In this document: piece after piece, positions 46,122 through 55,836 of the stretch | How the letters are laid out: every line of letters starts with the position of its first letter | How positions within the stretch are numbered: position 1 is the first letter of the stretch | Assembly (NCBI GenBank): GCA_048939245.1 | Contig: JBHLPR010000001.1 | Location: 18,622-82,621, forward strand | Origin: Promethearchaeota archaeon | Lineage (GTDB): Archaea; Asgardarchaeota; Hermodarchaeia; Hermodarchaeales; Hermodarchaeaceae | Direction: 5' to 3' | Length of the DNA: 64,000 nucleotides | Position numbers and translations under genes: made by a program | The notes under the pieces: generated by a model | The model's input: the letters and a program-made list of their open reading frames with translations, nothing else | What the model was told of the DNA's origin: nothing | The model's database searches: none

Positions 46122-47058
46122 TATCGGTGTCGCTTTTTGTATTTTTTTCACTCCTGTTGGATGGTAGTGCTTGGGGATAGTTGATGAACAGAATCCCCAA
46201 AATCACAAAAACTAACCCGATGATAAATGTGGGGTAAATGGGTTCATGAAGTAACAGGAATGAAAACAGGGTTCCAAACACTGGGACCAATGAGATGAAG
46301 ACAGCTGATTTACTCGCCCCAATATTCTTGATTCCAAGAAAGTAACACAGAAACCCCAAGACGGTCACAAAAATCCCCATGTACAAGATGTTGAACCAAA
46401 AGGTGGGGTCAGACATCACAGGGAGTGTCCAGAATTGTTCGAATACGGCTCCGAAGAAGAAGATGAGGGTGCCAAAGAAAATCCCTATCGCCGTGGTTTC
46501 AAAGGAAGAATGTTTTTTCATCAAGGCTTTCCCAAAGATGGAATATGAGCCCCAAGTGAACATAGCGAAGATGAGAATGAGATTTCCAATGAGGTATTCG
46601 AATTGAAAGTCTAGGAATGCTTGCACACCTACCACACATACAATTCCCAAGAAACTAAAAAGAAATCCAACATATCGCCACCGGGGTACTAGTCTTTCAT
46701 GCAGGATAAGAAATGCAAGAAGACTTACTGTCACGGGGTTAATTCCAGCGATAATTGATCCTTGGGCTGCAGTGGTGAACTGCATTCCAATGAGAAAGAG
46801 AATTCCATACCCAAAAACACCAATTGCTCCGAGAACAAAAAAGAGACTGAGATCTCGTGATGAATATGCCATAACCGATTTACGCTTGGTTGAAAGTAAG
46901 AGAGGCCAAAAAATGAGGCTGGCGGTGAGAAAACGAAAGAAACCCACAGTGAAAGGTGGGGCTACCATAACGACGATTTGCGCAGAAACCCAGCTACCGC
47001 CCCAGAAGATCATCGTTAGAATCAGTAGAAGGTAAAATCTCACACCTGTCCAGTTCAT
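46111..47058 (-). CDS. EamA/DMT-family transporter
   Basis: Ten TM helices arranged as two EamA-like halves. Confidence 0.75.
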   Translation of the reverse strand: MNWTGVRFYLLLILTMIFWGGSWVSAQIVVMVAPPFTVGFFRFLTASLIFWPLLLSTKRKSVMAYSSRDLSLFFVLGAIGVFGYGILFLIGMQFTTAAQGSIIAGINPVTVSLLAFLILHERLVPRWRYVGFLFSFLGIVCVVGVQAFLDFQFEYLIGNLILIFAMFTWGSYSIFGKALMKKHSSFETTAIGIFFGTLIFFFGAVFEQFWTLPVMSDPTFWFNILYMGIFVTVLGFLCYFLGIKNIGASKSAVFISLVPVFGTLFSFLLLHEPIYPTFIIGLVFVILGILFINYPQALPSNRSEKNTKSDTDTNE

Positions 47059-47127
47059 TGATCGGTGACTCCTCAGAAGAGGAGCCCTACTTCGCTCGGA
47101 GGGCTAAAAATGAATGGATTAGACAAC

Positions 47128-47901
47128 CTACTCTCGAAACAATGTAGTTTGATACGCGCCAAGTGGGCGGCGTCGTTGCGGTGTCACAGTGCTCCGCTGC
47201 ATCCACGGACGGCTGGGGTGCTTTTCCAATGAGAAGGTTTCAACGGCAACTTGGCGCGTGTGGTGGATGAGAACATGGAACCTGTGGTGTGCTGCTTGTC
47301 CAATTCGAAGGGGTGGTTTTGAAGGGCGCTTCGGCGCATCGGCGCTGACGACGACCGCGATATGCTGGGTGAAGGCAAGTTGTTTCAGATGTGCGGCTAA
47401 CTGAGCCCGACGGAATATCCGTGGATCAGTAGCGACGTCGGAAGTTGCAGATGGAATTGGTTCGCCTTCTTCTCGAAGGAGGTGGGTGAGCCCGTTAACA
47501 AAGAGAATCGGGGCGTCTATCCCATGGCTAATGTCGCGCGCGTCCTCAAGAAGTGAAAGGAGTTGGTCTGTAGTGAAGGCTCGGGCAACATGGAGCCGTT
47601 GCAGGTGGGTTGTAGGGGATGCCACTAGTGATGCTGTTTGGAGGTGATTTAGAATTCGGTCGGGACGGATTCCGTTGTTGGCATCGATGACAGCCACACC
47701 CCGATGAGGCCCGTAGTGGAGAAGTGCTGTTGCAACCGATCGCTGTAGTAAGCTGGTGCAGTGGGGGCTTCCAAAAAGGAGGTAGCTCAATCCTGCTTCG
47801 AAACCGCCTCCTAAGAGGTCATCAAGGAGTGTGATACCGGTGGGACATTTCGCTTCTTGTTGCTGTGCCATTGAAAATGCCGTTTGAAACATGCTGTTCA
47901 A
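47128..47901 (-). CDS. RadB/Rad51-paralog-like RecA-fold protein with degenerate Walker A
   Basis: 'TGITLLDDLLGGGFEAGLSYLLFGSPHCTSLLQ' (RadB has GxxGxGKT here), 'VAVIDANNGIRPDR', 'ILFVNGLTHLLR', 'LAFTQHIAVVVS'. The gene is GC-rich (sampled lines 48-68%). Confidence 0.45.
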   Translation of the reverse strand: MNSMFQTAFSMAQQQEAKCPTGITLLDDLLGGGFEAGLSYLLFGSPHCTSLLQRSVATALLHYGPHRGVAVIDANNGIRPDRILNHLQTASLVASPTTHLQRLHVARAFTTDQLLSLLEDARDISHGIDAPILFVNGLTHLLREEGEPIPSATSDVATDPRIFRRAQLAAHLKQLAFTQHIAVVVSADAPKRPSKPPLRIGQAAHHRFHVLIHHTRQVAVETFSLEKHPSRPWMQRSTVTPQRRRPLGAYQTTLFRE

Positions 47902-48002
47902 CCTCTCGGAGCAGGCACTTGATTATGATAATTGTGTGAAATGTGCTGTTGGGCTAGTGACAAAAAGCCTCAAAAACCCGCAAACCTACACACACTTAGA
48001 GT

Positions 48003-48767
48003 GTGATTGGTTCAATGGCATATCATACAAGTGCCCAGTTCTACGATCTATTCGCACTGGGGAAAGAAGAGGAGCAGTCTTTCTACCGACTATTAGCCCA
48101 GGAAGCTGGATCTCCGGCGCTAGAATTAGGGGTAGGAACCGGGATTTTCGCGTTCGCCCTAGCGGAAGATGGGATCACTGTGGTCGGACTTGAGCAGTCT
48201 CGAGAAATGTTACAGGAAGCCCGGAAAAAACTCCAGAAAGCCCCCCCTGAAATCGCCCGCCGCCTCCTCTTTATTGCGGGTGATATGAGTAAATTTCAAC
48301 TCGACCAAAAATTCCAAATAATCTACATTCCCTCCGGTAGTTTTCAATACTTGGTCACTCGAAAGGAACAACTGAGCTGTCTACGTAGTGTGAAAGCTCA
48401 CCTTCACGAGGAAGGGTCATTTGTCTTCGATGTGTGGGTCGGCGCCTCTGATACTACCGGAACCTGGCGGCGATTAGAAACGCTTCACTTAGCAGAAGGT
48501 GGCTCTGCCACTCGCTCGATTTCTACTCGGTTTTTGGAAAAAGAGAAGATCATTGATACCGTGCTCCGATTTGATATCCAAAACGAAGAGGGACGAATCA
48601 CTGATACCTTTTATGATTGGTCCAAGCTTGCTGTGCTCACTGTAGAGGATGTGAAATATCTTCTTGCGGAGTCGCACTTTCAAGTAGAAACGATTTATTC
48701 GTCCTTTACTCGTAAACCGTGGAAACCGGAATCAAATCGAGCCATCTTCGTGGCAGAACCAATTTAG
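48003..48767 (+). CDS. Class-I SAM-dependent methyltransferase
   Basis: Motif I 'ALELGVGTGIFAFALAEDG' and post-I 'GLEQS'. Confidence 0.8.
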   Translation: MIGSMAYHTSAQFYDLFALGKEEEQSFYRLLAQEAGSPALELGVGTGIFAFALAEDGITVVGLEQSREMLQEARKKLQKAPPEIARRLLFIAGDMSKFQLDQKFQIIYIPSGSFQYLVTRKEQLSCLRSVKAHLHEEGSFVFDVWVGASDTTGTWRRLETLHLAEGGSATRSISTRFLEKEKIIDTVLRFDIQNEEGRITDTFYDWSKLAVLTVEDVKYLLAESHFQVETIYSSFTRKPWKPESNRAIFVAEPI

Positions 48768-48872
48768 CCTTACCTTTAGTCGGTCAAATTGCCTTTTATC
48801 ATTAAGAACATATTATTAGCTAGATAAGGGGGATTAACCCCCTTCAATTCATCTCTTTGTCACAATGGGCAG

Positions 48873-50351
48873 GTGTTTACTATGTCTAAGGTATCCACAG
48901 CATTCAATGTTAATCGGATAAAACGCCAACTGGAGATATGGCTCGGAAAAGAAAACGTATCGTCAGCTGAAGTGGATCGAATCTGCTACTCGCGCGATGC
49001 ATGGCCGCTTCGGCTCATCCGTCTTGGACGATTAGTACTAGAGTCACAGCCTGATCTAATCATTTGGCCCCAAACCGTTAATCAGATTCAAAAAATTGTT
49101 CAATTGGCTAACCAAGAAAAGATTCCTTTAATCCCCGTCTCTGGAGCAGGTGGAGTTGCAGGGGGAACCCTTGCTACCACGGGGGGAATTGCTGTGGATC
49201 TTAAAAAGATGAAGCGTATTATCGAGTTGGATGAGGAATCACTAACTGTTACAATTGAACCTGGACTTCTCGGTTATGAACTCGAAGAATATCTAGAAGC
49301 ACATGGTTATACTTCGGGACACTTCCCCTCCTCGATGTACAGTTCTGCTTTTGGAGGATTTGCTGCAGCTCGTTCCGCAGGAGTACTTTCTTCCAAGTAC
49401 GGGAAAATTGAAGATCTCATCACTGGAGTCAAAGTGGTGCTCCCGAATGGAGATTTACTTGAAACCAAAGCGGTTCCCCGCTCCTCAATGGGTCCTGATC
49501 TTAAACAATTGTTTATCGGCTCTGAAGGTGCCTATGGTATTATCACCGAGATGACATTGCGTATCGCCCCGCGCCCTCAGGCAACCAAGTTTGCTTCCTA
49601 TCTTTTCCCTGACCTCACATCAGGGATGACAGCAGTAAAGCAAATATTTCGTAATGATCTCAAGCCTGCCTTAATTAGGTTATACGATGAAAATGAAACT
49701 CGCTTTGTCTTAGGTCACTTCAAATCACCCCCAGAAGGTGCATGTGTCCTAAACCTCATGTATAGTGCCACTAAAGCGCTTGTACGTCTCGAACAACGCA
49801 CCGTGAAGAAACTTTGTCTTGAGGGGGGCGCTGAGGCTCTAGGTCCGGGACCATCGAAACACTGGTGGGAGAATCGCTTCGACTTGTACTACCCTTCTAG
49901 CCTGAATATGGGACCAGGCATGCTCTACGATGTTCTTGATGTGGCTGCCAGTTATATCAACCTTGAAAGAATGTATTGGGCGATGCGCGAAGCCATCGAA
50001 GCAACCGGCGTCAGCACCATGAGTCACTTCTCACACTTTTACCCTGACGGGGGCAACATTTACGTTATCTTCATCGGTCATGCAGGAACTGCAGAAGAGG
50101 TTGAAGCGAAATACACTGAGGTATGGCAAGTCGGTCTTGAAGCTGCCCATAAAATGGGGGGCACTCTAAGCCATCAACACGGTGTGGGTCTACTAAAAGC
50201 ACCCTGGATGCAAACTGAACATGGACCGGTTGGATTTGCCCTTCTTCAAGCTATCAAGAGCTATCTTGACCCAAATGATATCCTAAATCCGGGTAAGCTT
50301 GGACTCGGTAAAAGCATTACACAAAAGAATACGGAGAGTAGTTCATTTTGA
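48873..50351 (+). CDS. FAD-linked oxidase/dehydrogenase (GlcD / D-lactate dehydrogenase-like)
   Basis: PCMH-type FAD domain 'PLIPVSGAGGVAGG'. C-terminal 'HQHGVGLLK'. Overlaps the next gene. Confidence 0.85.
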   Translation: MFTMSKVSTAFNVNRIKRQLEIWLGKENVSSAEVDRICYSRDAWPLRLIRLGRLVLESQPDLIIWPQTVNQIQKIVQLANQEKIPLIPVSGAGGVAGGTLATTGGIAVDLKKMKRIIELDEESLTVTIEPGLLGYELEEYLEAHGYTSGHFPSSMYSSAFGGFAAARSAGVLSSKYGKIEDLITGVKVVLPNGDLLETKAVPRSSMGPDLKQLFIGSEGAYGIITEMTLRIAPRPQATKFASYLFPDLTSGMTAVKQIFRNDLKPALIRLYDENETRFVLGHFKSPPEGACVLNLMYSATKALVRLEQRTVKKLCLEGGAEALGPGPSKHWWENRFDLYYPSSLNMGPGMLYDVLDVAASYINLERMYWAMREAIEATGVSTMSHFSHFYPDGGNIYVIFIGHAGTAEEVEAKYTEVWQVGLEAAHKMGGTLSHQHGVGLLKAPWMQTEHGPVGFALLQAIKSYLDPNDILNPGKLGLGKSITQKNTESSSF

Positions 50352-51541
50352 CTTCAGCAAAATCACCAACCTCCTTAGGAGACTATGCCAAAATTAGTCG
50401 GCTCTGCAGTCTATGTAGCCGGATGTGTCGCCACTCATGTCCAACACATCTGATAACTGGCTCCGATGCCTGTAGTCCAATTGGGCGTGCACTCATTATC
50501 GAATTATACCGTGGAGGAAAAAGTGCACTCACAGAAGCAGCCGTTGATCGTCTTTACCAGTGTAATCTCTGTGGAGCCTGTAAAGCTTGGTGTAAACCCC
50601 GTCATGAACTTCCCCAAATCATCGAATTTGCCCGTGAAATTGTAGTTGAAGAACACCGTGCACCCCTAGGAACCTTGGATCTTGATAACAAAGTTACAGA
50701 ATACAAGAATGTTTATGGTGAATCCCATGGAGATCGCTTTGCCAAACTCACAACCGCACTAAAGAATGCCACCCCAAATGCAGAACTTGTCTATTATGTG
50801 GGCTGTACTACGGCTTATCGGCATCCCGAAATCGCGCTAGCGACTCAACAAGTTCTGCATTCCTTGGGTTTAGACCATAATTTTCTCACAGGAGATAAAA
50901 GCGAGGTATGCTGTGGTTCTCCTCTCATCCGAGCTGGGTTTACTGAAACAGCTAAGAAACTCGCGGTACAGAATATTGATGCTATTACTCATTCAAATGC
51001 GCGAACCGTCATCACAACTTGCCCAGGGTGTGCACGTGCTCTTAGGGAGGATTATCCTCGCCTTGGCGTATCCTTACCTAAGAAAGTCCGGATATATCAT
51101 ATCACCGAATTCCTCATCAGGTATCGAAAGAAACTAGCACCACTTCTCTCAAAAATCATTACATCAGATCTGGCTAAACTAGTATATCATGATCCTTGTC
51201 ATTTGGGGCGTGAACTTGGAGTTTACGAGCAACCCCGGCAATTACTCAAACTAATACCAGGCACTCAACTTACAGAATTTCCACATAACCGGGAGTACGC
51301 TGACTGTTGTGGTGGTGGGGGCGCGTTGCCCAAGACCTTTCCGGACCTGGCTGAAGAAATCGCTAGACGTCGAGTATCAGATGCTCAGACCACAAAGACT
51401 CAATATCTAATCTCGGCCTGTCCGAACTGCAAACTACATTTTACCGAAACTCAGTCAGGCAAAGATTCGAAGACTTTGAATGTCATGGATGTCATGGAGT
51501 TACTTGCAGAAGCTCTCAAAGCCCGAGTGCTGGAAAAATGA
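50348..51541 (+). CDS. Fe-S oxidoreductase with two CCG domains (GlcF/HdrD-like)
   Basis: 'CSLCSRMCRHSCP', 'CNLCGACKAWC', 'CCGSPL', 'DCCGGGG'. The TTG start overlaps the upstream stop. Confidence 0.85.
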   Translation: MTSAKSPTSLGDYAKISRLCSLCSRMCRHSCPTHLITGSDACSPIGRALIIELYRGGKSALTEAAVDRLYQCNLCGACKAWCKPRHELPQIIEFAREIVVEEHRAPLGTLDLDNKVTEYKNVYGESHGDRFAKLTTALKNATPNAELVYYVGCTTAYRHPEIALATQQVLHSLGLDHNFLTGDKSEVCCGSPLIRAGFTETAKKLAVQNIDAITHSNARTVITTCPGCARALREDYPRLGVSLPKKVRIYHITEFLIRYRKKLAPLLSKIITSDLAKLVYHDPCHLGRELGVYEQPRQLLKLIPGTQLTEFPHNREYADCCGGGGALPKTFPDLAEEIARRRVSDAQTTKTQYLISACPNCKLHFTETQSGKDSKTLNVMDVMELLAEALKARVLEK

Positions 51542-52082
51542 AGAGAAGTGCCCATATAACGAAGGCTACTAATGCCACTCCGTTTCCAATGAGCCACCCC
51601 TTTTCATATTGCTTTGGAACATAGGTGATGTTTCCAGGCGGGGCTTTCAGCCCCTTTTCAATGTATACGAATGCTTCCAAGGGATTCTTCAACCAGCGAT
51701 TTAGAACTGATCGTGTGCTTGGGGCAAGATCGAGGAAGAGATGACAGGCACACCCGAGTAAGAACATAGCGATGAAATAACGGTCGATTAGCGTCCACCA
51801 GCCGAGTAAGTACACTGGTGTAATGAAGAGAGTGACAATCATTAACGGAGCTAATATACTGTGGGTGATGATCGATCGATGACCAAGAAGTGGTTTCCAA
51901 TGGATGTCGAAGTCAGGAAAAATCCCGCCGACCCAGGCTACTAGGAAAAACCAGAAGCTTAAGCCTGCAGGCAAAATCCAACCCAGGATGGAAGCAATCC
52001 ATCCTAGTAAAATCCATCCAATGATGAAGATAATAGTTGTAAAGAATACATGGTCCCAGCCATTCATGGATTCACACCGCAC
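51516..52082 (-). CDS. Membrane-bound metal-dependent hydrolase (YdjM/DUF457-like)
   Basis: 'LGHRSIITHSIL' between TM helices, and 'CHLFLDL'. Confidence 0.5.
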   Translation of the reverse strand: MRCESMNGWDHVFFTTIIFIIGWILLGWIASILGWILPAGLSFWFFLVAWVGGIFPDFDIHWKPLLGHRSIITHSILAPLMIVTLFITPVYLLGWWTLIDRYFIAMFLLGCACHLFLDLAPSTRSVLNRWLKNPLEAFVYIEKGLKAPPGNITYVPKQYEKGWLIGNGVALVAFVIWALLFIFPALGL

Positions 52083-52138
52083 ACACTCGGAAGTGAACTT
52101 CCCTAAAAATGTTCAATTTCGAATGATTTCAACACCAA

Positions 52139-52966
52139 TTAGTCTACTTTCTTAGTATCGAAGCTGAATAATTCCGAGATAATACCAGCTGCAGTGAAGC
52201 ATAAACCATTGAATCCTTCGGCATATCGGAGATTAGCTTCTTTTCCGGTTGCTTGAGCAGATAATGTTATCCATGCACGAAAAACGTCTTGCCAGTCAAG
52301 AGTTTCCAGGATTGGCACTGACAATCCCGCATTTAAGACTCGTTGCTTTGTTTCTTCTAAGAGCATCTGCATTTGACTTTCATAGGCTAAGAGCGCTTGT
52401 ATCTTTGTTTCCAAAGTATCACTGATATCTACAAAGGTATTCGGATTTGGGCTATTCCATCCAAAGAACTTTGTTACCATATGGGGCTTTAACCCTCGTT
52501 CAATCTGTTCGGGGAAATAGAGGTGAAAATGGCTCGTATAGCTTGCCTCATAGATAGTCCGTCCCACCGCTTGATGATCTGCATGGGGATCATAAGGGTC
52601 ATTGGGATCAAAGCTAAAGACCAAATCAGGGCGAACATGGCGTAGTACTTCTGTATAAGATTGACGAAGTTCAAGCCCGGCAATTATTTCTCCATCAGGA
52701 ATTTCAAGGTAACGAATCTGTTCCACCCCGAGGATTTTTGCCGCATGCTGGGATTCGTGCTTTTCAATTTCTATCATTTCTTCCCTGGTCATGGCTGAAT
52801 CTAGTGTGCCTTTCTCGCCATAGGTGGTGCAGAGGTTTACAATTTTGTGACCAAGCTTTGAAAGTTTAGCTATAGTGCCACCAGCAAAGAATGTCGCGTC
52901 GTCGGGGTGCGCTTCTACGATTAATATTGTTAGTTTCTCTTTGGTGTCCCACAGCTCTTGGCTCAT
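52139..52966 (-). CDS. PIG-L/LmbE-family deacetylase
   Basis: 'VEAHPDDATFFAGGT' and 'PHADHQAVG'. Confidence 0.85.
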   Translation of the reverse strand: MSQELWDTKEKLTILIVEAHPDDATFFAGGTIAKLSKLGHKIVNLCTTYGEKGTLDSAMTREEMIEIEKHESQHAAKILGVEQIRYLEIPDGEIIAGLELRQSYTEVLRHVRPDLVFSFDPNDPYDPHADHQAVGRTIYEASYTSHFHLYFPEQIERGLKPHMVTKFFGWNSPNPNTFVDISDTLETKIQALLAYESQMQMLLEETKQRVLNAGLSVPILETLDWQDVFRAWITLSAQATGKEANLRYAEGFNGLCFTAAGIISELFSFDTKKVD

Positions 52967-52987
52967 ATTAATCCAAGAGACTAGGCA

Positions 52988-54319
52988 TTATTCTTCTTCA
53001 AAGGATTTTCCGTTTGTTGGTGTTGGAGCAATTGTGCTATTTGCCTTGCGAGATTTCGCCATTAGTGGAAGAACCGCAATTGTTCCCAGAAGACTAGTGA
53101 TAATAGCAATCGCTAGTGGAATAAAGGCTGCTTGATACGGTGAATCGGTCAGAGCAAGGATATATGCATAGAAGAAGCCTCCAAGAATAGGTCCGGTAGC
53201 TCGCGCTGCACTACCTGCCATGCCCATCAATCCCATAACGCGTCCTCGTTGAGTTGGAGAAGCCGTGCTAGCTGCAACAGCAGTAGATGAGGGAAGCGCC
53301 ATCGCACCCCCCATACCCAATAACACAGCCACCATATAGAGTTCACTCCTGGATGTCACAAACATTGAGATAAATAAGCCTGATGCTGAAACGATGCCGG
53401 AGAGTGCCATAGGTAGCTCATGGCCAACTGTATCTGAAAGTCGCCCAAATATCAGCTGACAAATCGCGTTGGAGGTGGCAAAAAAGAAGAAAAAGAGGCC
53501 CAGCTCAATTGGAGAAAATCCAAAGGTTCGCAGATCTGTAGTATAAATGGCAAACATCGGTTCCATTGTGGCAATGGTGAAAATCCGTGTGAACCGAATG
53601 ATTAAGGCTACTGCAAGTGTAGTTCCTCCAATGAGCAGAACCGTTCGATAAGCACGAAGTCCATCTCGGATTTTTTCAAAGATTGATGAGTCGTCTTCCT
53701 TTGTTTTTTGCACTGCAAACATGTTTTGATATTCATGTGAGGGCTCTCGGATAAAGAGCAAACAAAGGACAAAAGCTATGACTGCCAGAACGGCGTTGAT
53801 AAGAAAGGGAATACGAAGACCAAAATAGAAGACAAGAAGCCCACCAAGTGTTGGGCCAAAAATCATACCAGTTGTACGTCCTGCAAGCAGTGTTCCCCAT
53901 GCGGTTCCTCGTTTCTCTTCTGGAACTATATCGGAAACAAGTGCATCACTTGAAGGCCATAATCCTGCTGTGAAGAAGCCTTCGGCGGCTCGTGCAATGA
54001 ATAAAAGAACGATTACATTGGCCAATCCAAAAACTGCAAGGGAGATGCTAGCGCCAACAAGAGAAATGAAAATGACGGGTTTACGACCGATTCGGTCAGA
54101 TAGACTCCCAAATGGACCAGCAGATATGAAGGCAAAAATCGAGAAGGTGGCCACGAGTAATCCGTACTCAAAGGCTCCTGCTCCAAATTCATAGAGATAA
54201 TAGGGTAGAATTGGTAGAATTGCGCCATAAGCTAACATCAGGAACGCTTGTGCAGTGGCAAGGAGCAAAACCTGCTTCCAAAACTCTGATTTTAGATTGC
54301 TCTTCGTTTTTACTGGCAC
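52988..54319 (-). CDS. MFS transporter
   Basis: Twelve to fourteen TM helices. 'GSLSDRIGRKP' and 'GRLSDTVG'. Confidence 0.85.
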   Translation of the reverse strand: MPVKTKSNLKSEFWKQVLLLATAQAFLMLAYGAILPILPYYLYEFGAGAFEYGLLVATFSIFAFISAGPFGSLSDRIGRKPVIFISLVGASISLAVFGLANVIVLLFIARAAEGFFTAGLWPSSDALVSDIVPEEKRGTAWGTLLAGRTTGMIFGPTLGGLLVFYFGLRIPFLINAVLAVIAFVLCLLFIREPSHEYQNMFAVQKTKEDDSSIFEKIRDGLRAYRTVLLIGGTTLAVALIIRFTRIFTIATMEPMFAIYTTDLRTFGFSPIELGLFFFFFATSNAICQLIFGRLSDTVGHELPMALSGIVSASGLFISMFVTSRSELYMVAVLLGMGGAMALPSSTAVAASTASPTQRGRVMGLMGMAGSAARATGPILGGFFYAYILALTDSPYQAAFIPLAIAIITSLLGTIAVLPLMAKSRKANSTIAPTPTNGKSFEEE

Positions 54320-54455
54320 TACTAGATTCTCCCTGTTTGATGGAAGACAATGCAGGGGTTAATGTGTCCTAAAAACCGTTCGACCATTATTCAATTCTAT
54401 TGTCGTAGACTTAAAATGTGGACCACCTATTGTACATAGATACGTCAATTCTCTT

Positions 54456-55406
54456 ATGGATGCGCTTTTTATGTTTGAACAATCAACATCAATCGAACCG
54501 AAAATTGTGCAAATCGGTGATGTCGTCATGGGAGGACTCCAAGGCGAATATCCCACAACGCTAATTCTTTCTATCTTTCATCGTGGCGATCGCTTAGTCA
54601 CCGATTCAAAAAACGGTCAGTTCGATAAGAAGCGGGCAAAACGATATCTCAACCGAGCATTGCACCTAACGGAAACGACGGGTACCCCCATGATTCTTGA
54701 TGTTCTTGCAGAAACACCTAAGGCAATGGCAAATTATTTGGATTTCTTGGCTGAGAATGCTGCATCTGTTCCTTTCCTGATTGATAGTAGTTCTCGTGAT
54801 TCACGATTAGCTGGCATCGAGAAAGCTGTGGACACCAAACGAGCACATCTAGCAATTTTTGATGCCATCAGTCATCACACAACAGCCGAAGAACTGAAAG
54901 CCCTTAAAACTGCCAAGATTGAAGCCGCTATTCTACTTGCTCATAATCCCTCGGATATTCGTCCACAAGGGCGTCTTCAAGCACTGACGGGCACTCCTGA
55001 AACTGAAGGTCTTCTAGCTAAGGCTGAAGCAGCAAATATCTCGAAAATTCTCGTTGATACTGTTGCATTAGACTTGGCAGGGCTGAGTATTGCTGCTACT
55101 GCTATGCAGTTTGTAAAAAAGGAGTTAGGCTTCCCCGTTGGTGCAGGTTCAGCCAATAGTGTAGCTTTATGGCGAAGTGCATCCAAGATTTCACCTGCTG
55201 CGAAACGGTATCTAGCGCCCGCGCTCTGCACTTATTTACAATGTCATGGTGCAAATTTCATTCTCGCTGGTCCCCTCCGTCGGGCTCCACGTTTCTTTTC
55301 AGCAGTTTCGGTCACAGACGCACTTTTAGCTTATACCTCGCCTGATGGTGGCTATCCTGCCCCTACCCCTAAAACACGGACTCACCCACGATATAATGTA
55401 CTTTAA
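54456..55406 (+). CDS. MtrH-family (tetrahydromethanopterin S-methyltransferase subunit H-like) methyltransferase
   Basis: 'IVQIGDVVMGGLQGEYPTTLILSIFHRGDRLVTDSKNGQFDKKRA' parallels the MtrH N-terminus. No other mtr genes or corrinoid protein nearby. Confidence 0.7.
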   Translation: MDALFMFEQSTSIEPKIVQIGDVVMGGLQGEYPTTLILSIFHRGDRLVTDSKNGQFDKKRAKRYLNRALHLTETTGTPMILDVLAETPKAMANYLDFLAENAASVPFLIDSSSRDSRLAGIEKAVDTKRAHLAIFDAISHHTTAEELKALKTAKIEAAILLAHNPSDIRPQGRLQALTGTPETEGLLAKAEAANISKILVDTVALDLAGLSIAATAMQFVKKELGFPVGAGSANSVALWRSASKISPAAKRYLAPALCTYLQCHGANFILAGPLRRAPRFFSAVSVTDALLAYTSPDGGYPAPTPKTRTHPRYNVL

Positions 55407-55416
55407 TTCAACAGGC

Positions 55417-55677
55417 TTATTCTCTTATCTTAGAGTAATCAGTTAGGCTCTTTTGTGTTCCCTTTTCATGGCTTGCTCGATCAGTGGGGACAGCATGGTC
55501 CTCTTTGTACTTAGAAATCAGGATGTGCCTTTCTCTAACTAGCCTAGGTCGATGACAGCACATTTGGATGCCTGGGGGGAAAACGAGTTTTGAGGTGAGC
55601 TTGCCATGTACACGTATATGTTCGCCACAATTTTTACATCGGTAAATCGTGTAATACTTAAATCGTGTCACAAGCAA
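55417..55677 (-). CDS. Small zinc-ribbon-like protein (hypothetical)
   Basis: 'CKNCGEHIRVHG...MCCHRP'. TTG start. Coding status uncertain. Confidence 0.3.
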   Translation of the reverse strand: MLVTRFKYYTIYRCKNCGEHIRVHGKLTSKLVFPPGIQMCCHRPRLVRERHILISKYKEDHAVPTDRASHEKGTQKSLTDYSKIRE

Positions 55678-55836
55678 CCCATCTTATCGCATCGAATATG
55701 ACTATCCACTAGTTGGACGGTTCGGGCTTTCTTAAAATGTTGGGTTTATCGCCTGAATTCCGGTTCTTTTTTGCATAAGCTTTTAACCCACAACGTGCCC
55801 GGATGGTTGAATCTAAAATAGACAAGTGAAATAACC

